Source: the human T2T-CHM13v2.0 reference genome, Homo sapiens
DNA length: 64,000 bases
Reading direction: 5' to 3' (one strand)
NCBI RefSeq assembly: GCF_009914755.1
Contig: NC_060925.1
The notes under the pieces are model-generated. The model worked only from the letters and a program-made list of their open reading frames with translations, had not been told where the DNA came from and searched no databases. Positions 42,140 to 55,584 of this stretch are shown one piece after another. Every line of letters starts with the position of its first letter. Position 1 is the stretch's first letter. A program made the position numbers and the translations under genes.

Positions 42140-45110
42140 CAGACCATTACTCCCCTCTCCTGTCCTAAAAATGCCAGCTGTGGCGTGCATGTCATCAGAT
42201 AATACCACCTACTACCCCTCGTTGCCACCATCTACAAACTCCCAAGTCACTTGCTTCATTCCAGGAAGAATGGGTTAGCCCTGGGTTTACTGCCTCTCTT
42301 CCCCACGTCTTCAGCTGCTGGCAGTTCTTAGTGATTTCAGTATCCATGTAGATGACCCTTCCTGCACCCTGACCTCTTGGTTCCTTAGCCCCTTCTGTTT
42401 GGTGACTTTGCCTTCTTGCTTCCTGCTGACAGCTCACCTCCATGGTCTGCCTGGACATTGTCGTAACTGCATTACTCCATAATCTCGGTTTCAAGCATCC
42501 CACTGTGTGATCACCCCCTCTTTTCTCTCCACTCCCTCTAGTGCTCAGTTCCCAAGATTCTTTAATCTTACTGCATCCACAAGACACTGATCCTATTACC
42601 TTTTCACTATCCCCTTCCCCAGTCATGTCACCATTTCCCATCTTATCAAACTGAACTCCATCATAAGCACCAAACATATTTTCCAGATAAAATAGTGACC
42701 TTTCACTTGAAGTCTCCTCCTACCCTCTCAAGCTCTTTCTTCTACCAACTTCTAAGATAGAATGAATCATCCACAAAGGGCAAGAATGCTGGAGCTCAAG
42801 TTGGTTTCTAGTGTACTTCATGCTTCACCATCATTATAATCTCCTTATTTTCACCCTCAACTTTGTTGTCCCTCTGCTGCTTTGTTATACCTTGTCTGGC
42901 AAGACTTCAGCCCTGCTAAATCCCACTTTCCCCTATTCTTCATGTACATATGGGCAGGTGACCATAGCTATAGAAAAAGTCACAACCACGCCGATTGACC
43001 TCACTGTGAATTGATGACTGCCACCTCCAGTTGGCCCTTAGTCCTGCCCAGAAATCTTACTACTTTTCCCTTTTCTATTCACTCTCACACTCCTCTAGAG
43101 ATTATTTCACATGCTTTTCCCTTAACTCTCAAATCCCATCATTTCCTGCCAGCTCGCTCCTAGCTCATGACTACAATTGCCTTCCTACTTCACTGGGAAA
43201 ATAGCAGCAATCAGGAGAGGCATGTACAGGCTCCATCCACTGCACTGACCGCCTGCTGCATCTGGTCCCTGGTACCAGGCCTTTACCTTCTGTTACTGTG
43301 GACTGACCACCCCTCAAGTTCCATGTGGAGTCTGTTGCCCATGTAGAGAAAAATGAGCCCCTTTGTTTATTCTGTCTCCATTTTTTTTTCTTACAATTTT
43401 CTCTGGAACCCATTCCAATCAGGTCTTTGTCCCAGGCAAACAAACAGCTGTTGACATGGTGACATTGGCCTTCCCAAGGCAGAATCCAATGGGTGTTCCT
43501 TCGTGTCCATCTTCCTTGACCTAGCAGCAACATTTGATCACTTCCTCTTTCTTGAAACTCTTTTGTCCTTATTTTTTATATTTTATGTTTTTTTAGAGAC
43601 AGGATTTTGCCGTGTTGCCCAGACTGATCTCAAACTCTTGGCCTCAAGTAATCCTCCTGCCTCAGCCTCCTGAGCTAGGAGTACAGGTGAAAGTGTTTTG
43701 TCACATGGCTTTTACGATACCCACTCTTGGTTCTCCTCCTATGTTGTGGGTTGCTTCTCAATCTCTTGCTAGTTTCCACTTCCTTTTCCCAATCCTTACT
43801 AAACACTGGATGTCCCAGGGCTTGGTCCTCAGCCTGTTCTCTTCTCACCAGTGCTTACTTCCTAGTGCTCTTGCCCAGTCCCAGACCTTTGGTTAGCATC
43901 GTATACTGCTGACCTCTAAATTGGTGTCTGTACTCAGGACCTCTTCCCTGAATTTAAGATACCACCCACTTATTCACCATCTTTACTTGTACATCCATCG
44001 ACATCTCAAGCTGAACATGTCTAACATCAAAATATTGATTTCTCTCCAAACCTGCTTCTCTTGTAGTTTTCTCTTTCATTAAACCTACATTTTTTCTGTT
44101 GCTGGGGCCAGAAATGTTGAAGTCATTTTGATTCTCACATTGACACTCAATTCTTGCCAATCCCCAGTGTCTCCCCCCTCAAAATGTATCAGATCACCAT
44201 TCACCACCTCTGCTGCTGTCTCCCTGGTCCAAGCACCTTTTATTATTTTTATTCCACACACGTATATGATACTAGATGCCCAGCACTATTCTAGGTACTT
44301 TATAAATATTAATTAATTTATCCATGTAATAATTGATTGAAGCTGGTACCATTATTACCATTATTGTCCCCATTTTTGCACTTGGGGGATAGAGAGTTTA
44401 AGTCACTTGCCCAAGATCATAATGTCAACCACCTCTTAATGAGCCTCCCTGCCTCTGCCCCTCCCTGCTAGACTCTGTTTCCCCAACTGCAGCTAAAGAT
44501 CCTTACTTTTTCTTTTTTGATTCACAAAGGATTTAGAAAGGTAGAACAAGTAGTTTCTGTCCAAGAGTCTTAAGAAATATTTCATATCAGTCCTTAGCTC
44601 AGTGCATGATTTCCATCTTCTCCCTCTTCCCCCTGCCCAGCCAGCCTCCTAAAGATGCATGAATGTCTTTGGTTTGATTTCTTCATCTTTCCCCTTAACT
44701 CATTCTGCACTGGCTACACTGGTCCCTTGTTATGCCTTGAATGTACTCAGACCTCCCACATCAGGCCTCTGCCTTTTGCTGGTCCCTTTGCCTAGAATGC
44801 TTTTCCCATTTATCAGGATGGCTCCTCTCTCATTTCATTTAGGTTTCTGCTCAGAGAGAACTTCCTGATCACCCTATTTAAATAGCATTCCCCCATTGTC
44901 ACTCTCTTTCCCTCTTTATTTTGCTTTATTTTTCATCATAGCCCTTATTGTTTCCCCAACGGACACACAAACACACACACATACATACAAGCACAGATAT
45001 TTTGCACTGGAGTGCAAGCTTCTTGAAAGCAGGGCCTTTGTCTTACCTTCAGGGTCCAAAACAGTGCCTAGTGTGCAGTTGACTCACAATAAGTGTTTGC
45101 TGAAAGAATG
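42140..45110 (+). mobile_element. Long fragmented L2 with nested Alu monomer fragment (~43585-43687) and MIR
   Basis: Pyrimidine-rich L2 motifs (ccttgacctagcagcaacatttgatcacttcctctttcttgaaac; acatctcaagctgaacatgtc) and 3' end caataagtgtttgctgaaagaatg. Confidence 0.7.
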
Positions 45111-48100
45111 ATGAAGTAAACATATTGAGGGGAATTGATATCCATTCTAATCAGCTAAGTTCCAGGGAAGGAGGCAGCTGAGTTCCCTGTGTCCACTGTG
45201 TGGTTGTACAGGTTGCTGACTGCAGAGTCCTCCAGTTGAATAGTCAGCAGTGGAAGTGGGGAGTCTGTTCTCTGCCCCACTTCAGGGCTGCCCAGGATCT
45301 GCATGCACTTTGTAGAGATGGAAATTTTTCCTCCCTTCTGTCTCCTGCCTTTCAGCTTCTCCTGACTTATGTTCTTTAGACAGGATCCCTTTGGCTCTAG
45401 GACAGGGGCAGCCTGGTCCTTTCCCAGGGCTTGGATTTACTGTAGTGGGAAATCAGGCAGGGTTCTCTGTGGGCAGCCCTGACAGCATCTTGCTCCTCCC
45501 AAGGCCCTGTCCACTGCTTATACAGGTGAAAGCCTGGGACACATACCACCAGCTTTACAAATCCTGTCTCCTAGACACTGAGTCAGGACCCTGGTGATAG
45601 TGAAACAGACTAGAAACCAACCTGGGAGGTCTCCTGCATTTTTTTTTTGTCTTTGGCTGGGTAAGCCAAATGCTGATGGGAGAAGGAGTACTTTAGGTGA
45701 TTTCAGATGAAGCAGATTTTCTTGTACAGAATGTTGTTTTCCTAAGAACCTATTTAAAGGTTTCCTCAGGCCCACTTTTCAGGTGATGAGGACCTCTTGG
45801 TTAGCACCAAGTGTTTATTGTGTACTAAGTTTTATAACTTTAGCAAGTGGGCATGTCACAATGTTTTACTAATACTTTAATATAGTTCTCTCCAGCTTAA
45901 AACATTTTTCATACATATGATCTCATCTGAGCCTCACAATGACCTCATGAATTAGCTGTTATTATTTATAATTTACAGGAGAGAAAAATGAGCTCCGAAG
46001 TTAGAGGTGGTACTAGGTCAAAAACCTATGTCTTGATAATGACTGCCACCATTTATTGAGCACTGGCTATATGGTAGGTGATTTGCATGTATTATTTATT
46101 CTAATGGAAATAATAGGTACCATGATGAAGAACAGAAACATTTTGTATGGCACTATTATTGCATATGGGTCTGGAAGAAAGGAAATTATGTGTAACTTTA
46201 AAGTCTGCGTAGGTTGGTATGACTTACTCTATAAAGAGGGAGGGGGTATTTCCATAATCATAGTACTTAGCACACTACATTGTAATTGCCTGTTTACATG
46301 TCTGTGTCCCCCACTAGATTGTAAGCAGAGAAGTCTGTCTGCTCCCCATTGTGTCTCCTTTACTTAGTACTGTGTTGGGCACATAATAGGCACTCAGTAG
46401 ACATTTGCAGATGAAAAACAACAACAACAACAGCAACAACATGATTTTTCATATTGGGAAACTGAGGCTTGATAAGGTTAAGTTACCTGCCCAGTATCAC
46501 AGAGCCAGTGAGGATTCACTCCAGGTCCTCTAATTCCGAAGCCCATGTTTGTTCTACTGAGCCATCCTACTCACTGGTGTCCCTACAGTAACTGGCACAG
46601 CACTGGGTAAATGACGGGAACTCAGTTCATGCTTGAATTCTTGCAATGCTACTTGTAAATTGTGGGCTTGGGCACTTTGTAACCTCCGCATTTTTTGAGT
46701 AGAGGAGAGAAATAATACCTACCTTGCAAGCCTGTTGCAAAGTTTGACCACATTTATTAGATCATATAGTCTGGTGGGGGGTCCTCAAAATGTTGATGAG
46801 CACCAGGGTTATTCTGGGCCTCTTCTCTGCCTACAGCCTCCCTGGGTGACCTCACCAGGTCCACATATCTGCAGATGACTCTCAAATGTAAATTTCCAAA
46901 GAACCCTTGACTCTTGAAGCCAAATGCTTGTCTGGCATCTCTGCACTGTTGTCTATCTAATCAGCTTCTAAAACATAATGTGGCTAGAACAAAACTCCTG
47001 ATCCTCTTCTGATCCTGTCTGGCCCCTCATTTTTCCTTATCTCAGTAAATGGCACCACTATTTCTCCAGTTGTCCGAGCCAAATATTCTCATTATCTTTT
47101 ATTTCTCTCCATTTTTCCTCACTTCTGATCAGTGGTAAGCCCTGTCAATAACATCTCCCAAACATATCCCAAGTCCAAACACTTCTCCATCCCCACTGCT
47201 ACCAATCTCTTCCAAGCCACTATCCTTTGGACCATTGCAATGGCCTGCTAACGTGTCTTTGCATCTTTGTTTCCCTAGAATAAGAGAATGTGATCTATTG
47301 ACACAACAGGCAGGGACAATATGAACTCTTTTTGCTGGCTCATAAAGCCCTATCCGACCTGAGCTTTGCTTAACTCCTGGCCTCATCTACTCTCTCCCTT
47401 GTTCCCTGTGCTCCTGCCCACTCGCCTTTTATTTAGGCTATGCCTGTTTATGTCTCTACCCTGGCTCCTGCCGTTGCCTGGAATATTTCTCCAGATCTCA
47501 ACAGGGTTGGTTCATTCTTGCCATTTGGACCTTAGCTCAAATGATACTTCCTCAGAGAGGCTGTCCTTCATCACACAGTCTAAAATAGACACCTGGTCAC
47601 TGTGCCATATCACCTATGCAGTTGACCACCAACCCCCACAAGAATGTTGGTGCCGTGAGATCAGTGATTTGACTGCCTCGTTCACTCCATATCCCCAGTG
47701 CTGAGGGCAATGCTGACATATGGGCCCTCAGTAATTATTTGTGAATGAATATTTATGAATGTTCCGTAACAGTGGCTATGGTTATAGTTACGATCTATGT
47801 GTTCACCTGGCCTCTGATAGCCCTAGCCATACCAAACGGTCTAGTCCAGGAAGCTCAGGACACCACTGGCTCTAGGTCTAGACCAGGGTCAGCCCCTGGG
47901 GTGTGGAGATTCATGAGCTGTAAAACACAGGTTGGTTAACTTACAGGTTGTATGAGAACTGTCCTCCTTCAAGCTATTGTTTGATCACCACAGAGCCATG
48001 TCTTATTTGACTTTGGGTAAGATATCCAACCTTTGTGGGCCTCATTTTGCTCTTTTGCTAGATTGTGGATGAGTACAGCAACCTTTTTGAATTGTTATGA

Positions 48101-48198
48101 AGGAAAAACAGCATGTAAAGTACTTAGTCCGATGCTTGGTTGTTTTTCTCCTTGATGTCTGGTTCCTCACCTTCAGGAGCCTGTCACTTGCTATCACT

Positions 48199-48262
48199 TA
48201 TAGTTTAACCAAAACATTAGATTGTGAATCTAACAATAGAAGCCTGCAACTTCTTGTCTACC
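48199..48262 (+). pseudogene. mt-tRNA-His pseudogene (5' ~5 nt missing)
   Basis: tatagtttaaccaaaaca-ttaga-ttGTGaa-tctaa...tacc. Confidence 0.92.
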
Positions 48263-48321
48263 GAGAAAGTGTACAAGAACTGCTAACTCATGCCCCCATG
48301 CCTAGCAACATGGCTTTCTCA
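48263..48321 (+). pseudogene. mt-tRNA-Ser(AGY) pseudogene, 59 nt, D-armless
   Basis: gagaaag...aagaactGCTaactcatgcccccatg...ctttctca. Confidence 0.93.
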
Positions 48322-48392
48322 ACTTTGAAAGGATTAGAGTCATCCGTTGGTCTTAGGAACCAAAAACATTGATGCAACTCCAAATAAAAGTA
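48322..48392 (+). pseudogene. mt-tRNA-Leu(CUN) pseudogene, 71 nt
   Basis: actttgaaaggat...ttggtctTAGgaaccaa...gcaactccaaataaaagta. Confidence 0.93.
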
Positions 48393-48592
48393 GCAAACAT
48401 GTATTTTTCCACTACCATAATAACCCTAATCCCCTTAATCTTACCCATCATTACTACCTTAGCCAACCCCTATAAAAAAGGTTCATATCCAAATTACGTA
48501 AAAACATCTATCGCATGTGCCTTCATCATCAGCCTCATCCCTACAACAATGTTTATATGTACAGATCAAGAAGTCATTATCTCAAACTGACA
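48393..48592 (+). pseudogene. MT-ND5 5' fragment pseudogene (~66 codons)
   Basis: ...[46 protein letters not shown](=Trp in mt code) matches the ND5 N-terminus. Confidence 0.94.
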
Positions 48593-49160
48593 GGCATCAG
48601 AGGTTTGCCGAAGCCCAAGGTGCAGAGGTTGTAGTTAGGCTTGGGATCAGCTGTATACATCAACGGACCACAGCAGCATGTGGGAGACTACAGGAGGGAA
48701 TGCACAGTGCCTGGCACAAGGTCAACAGTCAGTGCATATGAGCCATTATTATGATCATTATTATTATTCATCTGGTCTAGCTGCTTCATTTACAGGTGAG
48801 GAAGCTGGGGTCCTGAGAGCCTGGGTGACTGCTGGTGCTTTATGTGAAGGTCAGTGGACTGTGGTGAGTGACAAGGTAGGAGGAACCAGTCCTGCAAGTC
48901 CCACCCACTTCTGTCTCATGTGCCCTGCAGCTATGCTGACTTAGTAGGGGTGATCACATTCAAACAACAGTCTCACTGGCATTCACACCGCATTCAGCAT
49001 CAGCAACATATTCTGTAAGGCAACACCTGTCTCAACCTTGAAGCTTTATGGGTGAATTTAAGGGCCATTGGGCCAATTTTTTTTTTTTTTTTGCTGGCCT
49101 TTTGAAAGGCGGCCAGCCTCCTGCAGATCTAGTGAGACTAAGTGGAGACCTCAGTCCACA

Positions 49161-49178
49161 TGCTGCCACCTGCTGCCA
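49161..49178 (-). promoter_or_regulatory. Candidate CTCF motif
   Basis: Minus strand TGGCAGCAGGTGGCAGCA, one mismatch to the CCAGCAGGTGGCAG core. Confidence 0.4.
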
Positions 49179-50453
49179 GCATCAGACATCACTCGGGTTG
49201 TTAGAATACAGGAATCTGTGGAACCACTATTGCCAAAAGGGTGCATGGCAGAATTTGTTCTTATATATGAGTGCTTTGTTGAATTATCGGATATTTTAAT
49301 TTTATTTAAATGTGTATGTTTTTAGAGGGGGCAGGAAGTCTCCAGGTCACTGTATTCCCCACCATTCCCTACTGCCTTAGGGCTATTAGAGGACTGACTT
49401 GGTCCTGAAGGCACCTGAGTTTGCAGGTCTGCAAAATCCAACCTTCTCACTCAGAGACGAGGCATTTCAGGATCCTAGGGCTGTAGTATAACAGGGTTGC
49501 AGAAACCAAAACATATGCCAGTGGAACACAGAAATCATGAGCCTTCAACACACTGGGTTATCACTAACCAACAGCAAGTTTGAAAACCACCAGCCAAGAA
49601 GAGACCGGAGCACATGCCCTGCTTTCTTGGAATTCTGAGCAGAGCAGGAAGGTGCAGAGAATCCAGAGAATTGGGCTTCCCTTAGGAACTGACACAATTT
49701 GGGTGATTTCTAGAGATTTGCTTTAAGATGATCCTTTGGGGAACTTCAGCACACACCCTTGAATTTTCCTTACCTGTCCTCCCGGGATTAGAAAAAAGAG
49801 GCTGTTTCTAGATCTGGTCTCTGGTGACTCGCCTTTCCCTTCAACCTTCCGCAGTTCTAGAAATGCTTCCCTAGAGAACTGGGTTTGAGAATAAACAAGG
49901 TGGTGCGCGAGCAGCGCGGTTTTCTGTGCTTGCAGTGGAGACCGCCTGTGACAAGGAGGGTCCTGTACTGGGAAGGAGGGGGACTGGCCCCCTGCTAAGT
50001 GCCTGGCGACTCTCATCTCTTGCAGAGAACGAATGCATAACCTCTCTGCCACTCCCTTTCTCTTTCTGAAGCCATTGGATGCCCTGAGAGAAAGCAGAGG
50101 GTTTCCATCTTTTCCAGAGCACAGTGCTGGGAGCAAGGGCTGGGGGAGATCTGTTGTCCCAGTTCTTCCCTTCTAAGGCAGGCCTTGGGGGAGGACTCTC
50201 CCCCAAGACTCTGCAGCCTGGTGCTCAAGCCGGATCGGCCCGTTCTGTGCTTCCTTTTGTGGCACCATCAGAGTCTCCTCCCTGTTTGGAGGCTCAGGTG
50301 AATCAGTCCCCTCTCTCCCACCCTGCCCTTGCGCTGGGCTGCCTCCACTCTGCTCCCATGGCCATATCTGTAGAAGGAGGCTCTTCAGTCTTCTGAACAT
50401 GTCAAGATTCGGAAATTCTGCCCCCAGCCACCTTTTTGAAGAAAATGGGAAAA

Positions 50454-50473
50454 GCGGCGCCCTCTAGCGCCAG
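50454..50473 (-). promoter_or_regulatory. Candidate CTCF motif
   Basis: Minus strand CTGGCGCTAGAGGGCGCCGC close to the CTCF consensus, with retained CpGs. Confidence 0.55.
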
Positions 50474-51599
50474 CTGCTCAATTTGTTTTCCCTCTTTTTC
50501 AGAAGAGATATTTTTTCTTCTTTTATGGTGCCCCCAAGTGGTTGTTTCTGTGTATTGCAGCCGCAGTCTCACTGGGATGCTTTCCGCTGTGTAGCTGGAG
50601 GGGCTGGGGCAGCCTGGTGGTCAGCACTCACATCACAAGAAAGGAAAGCGAAGCCAGGAGGAGAAGGGCCTTGGCAGGGCACGATGAGCGCCCCGAGACT
50701 CCCACCGCAGTCCAGGGCCTTCCCCCTCCCTGACCACTGGCAACCCCTTGCCATCTTTAAGGGCTTGCCTGGACCCATGGCTGCAAATGAGCCAAAGGCG
50801 TTTTCCTCTTGGATGTGAGGGGATGGGTGAAGACACGTGCAGAAAAGGAAGTGCTCATTGTGGAGGAGGTGAACATAATTGGAGGAATTCGCTTTGGCCT
50901 TTTTGGCTGAAAAAAATATTTATGAAATTGCTGTACACCCCCGCTCCCCCCCCCGACCCCAAGCAGAGTTAGACACCTATAGAATTCCAGGCACCGATGA
51001 AAAGACCTTTAAAATTAATCGCACATAACTTCTCATTGAAGGTGCAGGTGAGAAGGCTGAGGCGCAGAGAAGGAGGTGGGCGTGGGGCACCCTTCTGAGG
51101 ACCCCACCTCAGCCGCTCATACCCCAGCCACACTGTCCTCCTTCTCTTCTCTTCTGCTTTTAGCTCCTTTAACCATCTTTCTCTTCCTCTTTTTCTCTCG
51201 AAGCCTGTAGCAGGGAGGGAATGAAGGCATGCAGGGTTGGCGTGTGAGTGAGGAAGAGGGCTTGTCCCCCTTTCCCCTCTGTCCCTGCCCCCGCCTCTCC
51301 TGGGGACCTCCTTGCAGACCCTCTGCAGCTGTGCTCACATCCCACTACTCAGCCTCACTGCTGTTCTAAAAAGGCAGCATTACTGCCTGCTGATCAGGTG
51401 ATGAGGAACCTGCAACCCTTCCCAAATTTATAAAGAAAACAGAGGAATTCAGTAAATTCTCTTTCTGCTCTTGGAGTAGGACAGACCAGTGGTCAGTTCT
51501 GGGGACAGTGCTCCTGGTGTGGAGACAGTGTTGGCTGGACACACCCAGCTTGGGTGCACTGGGGTCAGGTGGTCAGGTCTAACTGCATCCCCCTCCTGT

Positions 51600-53130
51600 C
51601 ACTCCATCTCAACAATTCCCCAACCCAGTCCTACCCCATCTCAACCCTTCCTCAACCCAACCTCTCTCCATCTCAAGTCCTCCCCATTTCAGCCACTATC
51701 CGTCTCAAGCCCTTCCTATGTCAACCCTTATCAATTAAACTCCTCCTCATCTGAACCCTTCCCTAACTCAACCCAGCTCATCTCAACCCCTTCCCATCTC
51801 AACCGCTTCCCATCTCAGCCACTTCACAACTCAACCCCTTCACAACTCAACCCCATTCCCATCATGGCCCCATCACAACTCAACCCCTTCCCATCTCATT
51901 CCCTTCAAAACTCAACCCCTTCCTGTCTCAACCCCTTCACAACTCAACCCCTTAACAACAGAACCCCTTCCCATCTCAACCACTTCACAACTTAACCCCT
52001 TCACAACTCAATCCCTTCCCATCTCAACCCCTTCCCAACTCAACCCCTTCCCATCTCAACCCCTTCCCATCTCTACCCCTTTACAATTCAACCCCTTCAC
52101 AACTCAACCCCTTCCCATCTCAACCCCTTCCCATCTCAACCCCTTCACAACTCAGCCCCTTCCCGTCTCAACCCCTGTCAATCTCAACCCCTTCACAACT
52201 CAACCCCTTCCTATTTCAACCCCTTCCCATCTCAACTCCTTCCCATCTAAACCCCTTCACATGTCAACCCCTTCACAACTCAACCCCTTCACATCTCAAC
52301 CCCTTCACAACTCAACCCCTTCCCATCTCAACCCTTCACAGCTCAACCGCTGCCCATCTCAACCCCTTCACAACTCAACCCCTTCCCATCTCAACCCTTT
52401 CCCATCTCAGCCCCTTCCCACCTCAGCTTCTTCACATCTCTACCCCTTCCCATCTCAACCCCTTCACAACTCAACCCCTTCCTTACTCAATCCCTTCCTA
52501 TCTCAACCCCTTCACAACTCAACCCCTCTCCATCTCAGTGTCTCCCCAACTTGACCCTTCAACATCTCAACCACACTCATCTCAACGCCTCCCTATTTCA
52601 CCCTCTCCCCATCTCAAGCCTACCTCATCTGAACTCTACCCATCTCACCACACCCATCTCAACCCTCACCCATCTCAACCTCTGCCCCATCTCAACCTCA
52701 CTCATCTCAACTCCTTCCCTATCTCTACCCCTGCCCGTCCCAACCCCTCCCATCTCAATTCCACCGCCATCTCAACTCCTCCCCCATCTTAACCCCTCCT
52801 CACCTCATTCCTTCTCCATCTCAACCCCCTCCACCTCAACTTCTCCCTCATCTCAGCCTCTTCCTCATCCTAACCCCTCCCACCTCAACCCTTCCCCATC
52901 TCAAGACTTCCCCATCTCAACTGCTCTCTACCTCAACTCCTCCTCCATCTCAACCCCTCCCCAACTTCAACCCCTCCCCCACCTCAACTCCTCTCCAACT
53001 TCAACCCTTCCCCCACCTCAACTCCTCTACCATTGCAACTCCTCCCCCATCTCAACTCCTCCTCCATCTCAACCCCTCCCCCACCTCAACCTCTCCCCAT
53101 CTCAACTCCTCTCTCATCTCAGCCCCTCCC
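51600..53130. repeat. C-rich 16-bp minisatellite (CTCAACCCCTTCCCAT / CTCAACCCCTTCACAA) with degenerate flanks
   Basis: Regular 16-nt period in core ~51775-52540; extreme strand asymmetry. Confidence 0.95.
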
Positions 53131-54279
53131 CCAGCTGCCATCTGTTATGGTTGCTTCTTTCCCCTGTGTTTATACTTAAGCTGGGAAAAATTCCCCCTCC
53201 CTCCCTCCCTCCTCCCCTTCCCTCTTTCTGTGATGAACATGAAATTATATTACACATATAGGTCTTTGTTTTGCTCTTATTCTTTTAGTTTTTAAAAATT
53301 ACAGGATATGGTGTGCATCTTTCTTTGGCCATTTCTGGAAAGATGTCCATAACATCTCTTTCACGCTGCAGAGTATTCCTCAGCATGACTGAACCACAGT
53401 TTATTCCAGCAACCCTATCAATGGATGTTCCCAGTTGCTTTGCAGTTACCAGCTGTGCTGTAGTAAGCCTCCCCTACATGCCTTTAGGATGTGCACTTTC
53501 ATTTCTGTAGGGTCAAGTCCTAGAAGTGGGACTGTGGACAAGTCTTTCCCACGCTATGCCCTCACTCTCCGGAGGACTGGCACTTCTCTCAACACCCCTC
53601 CTCAGCATCTCAGCCTCAAATTGAAATGTGAACTTTCACAGTCTGTGTTATCTCTCTGGCCCCACTGGAGAGGCCCGATGAATTAATAATATGCCAGCAG
53701 GAAACAGAGAGATGGAGTTATTAATTGTCAGTCCATGAGCCCACCCTCTCAAGGTCCTAATTAGCATGCTGACAGCTTCGGTTTTATCCAGAGCTAGGGC
53801 AAGGCTCTGGGGACACTGTGGCTCAGCTAGGGGCATCCGGCACAGAGTGGAGAGCCCTGGTGCCTTTCTGGGTGGGGTGGAGGGGCGCTTGCAAGAGGCT
53901 TGTGAATTCAGAAGTTCCTTCAGGGATCCCTTTGTGCCTGCTGTGGGGTAGGGGAGAGAAACAGGCTGGGAGTGGGGGCAGGAATGGGAGTTTTAGTGTC
54001 CAGGTGGTGGTGATGGTTGGTGTGTGCTGCTCTTGGGCCCCAGTGGTGGGTTTGTGATTCTGGTTCTGCTGCAGGACAGTGACACTCACCAAGCTGTGTT
54101 GGGTGTAGTTGTCTCAGGGAGGTGCCTGCTTTCAAACCAAAGTTCCTTTGATGGGGAGGACTGACCCCAGGAAGACTGATTGCGTATCAATATTACTCTA
54201 ACCCATGGCCCTCTTTCATAACATGCACACTCCTGGAAAGGATATCATTAAATCTGGCATTGGTGCATGGCCAGGCTCA

Positions 54280-54669
<390 letters not shown>

Positions 54670-55584
54670 TCACCTCTCTGGGCCCTTTTTAATGTGGATT
54701 AGAGGTGGTCCTTATTTTGGTTTGCTCCATACTGGGCAGCCAGAACCATCTAGAACACCAGCCAGGACTTGCTCCCCAAGGGTGCTCCTCTGTTGCGGTG
54801 CCTGCCTCTCTGCCCAATCTCTCTCCACACAGTGGAGGCTCTGAGTCTTTCCTACTTTGAGCCCTCATCTCCACCAGCATCTATGCGTAGCTCTGCTGTC
54901 TCAGGCGCCTCTCAAGAAGTTTCAGGCAGCAGAGTTGGTGGAAGCTGAAAAGTCATTTGAATTAGTTTGCCTGGGTCTATTGCTCAGGAGCCTGGGCACA
55001 TCTCTTAACCTTTCTGGGGCTGAGGACACCAGCATTCAGGGTTGTGTGTGAGGTGCTTAGTATGATTATTACTCATGTTTGTTATTAGGCTCTGTCCTGC
55101 TTCCCCCAGGCTGTGGCCGGGAAGACAGAACAGCCATTTACACAGTAAGCTGCCCAATGACCCTGCCTTTCCCATTCCCAGTCTGCTTTTAAAAAATATG
55201 GGTGTCTAGACCCCAACCCTCAAAGATTCAGATCAGTTCATCTTAGGTGAAGTTTTAACAGGAAGATGTATATAGATGTATATATTTTACAAGCTCTTCA
55301 GGTGATTGATTAGTTTAAGAACCATTGATTGAGACCCATGGCAACTGGGCGGGCAGGTACCTTGTGCTCATGGGGCCTGCCCAGCCAGACACAGCCTTTT
55401 TCAGGAGCAAATCCCCCTATCTCCCTTTTGGGACACAGCAGACTGTCTGAGATCATCTGATGACCTCTACATACTCTTTTCTGGGACTAAGCTGCCTTTC
55501 TGGATCAGTTAGAAGGCAACTGGAACATCTCTGAAAGGTTCTGGATCTCTGTGCACATACAGTAAGGGGACAGAGCTCATTCTG

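Larger units (their letters stand above)
48199..48592 (+). pseudogene. NUMT covering mt tRNA-His, tRNA-Ser(AGY), tRNA-Leu(CUN) and 5' ND5
   Basis: Colinear with mammalian mtDNA gene order H-S2-L2-ND5; abrupt junctions with non-mitochondrial flanks. Confidence 0.96.

Noticed and set aside
48199-48392. Functional tRNA genes
   Set aside because: Mitochondrial-type tRNAs in a nuclear insertion; His is 5'-clipped and the Leu acceptor and T stems carry mismatches
51775-52540. Regular repeats as a CRISPR-like array
   Set aside because: Head-to-tail units without unique spacers, in eukaryotic DNA
51489-53261. 168-, 97- and 236-aa Pro/Ser/His-rich ORFs
   Set aside because: Products of the stop-poor minisatellite
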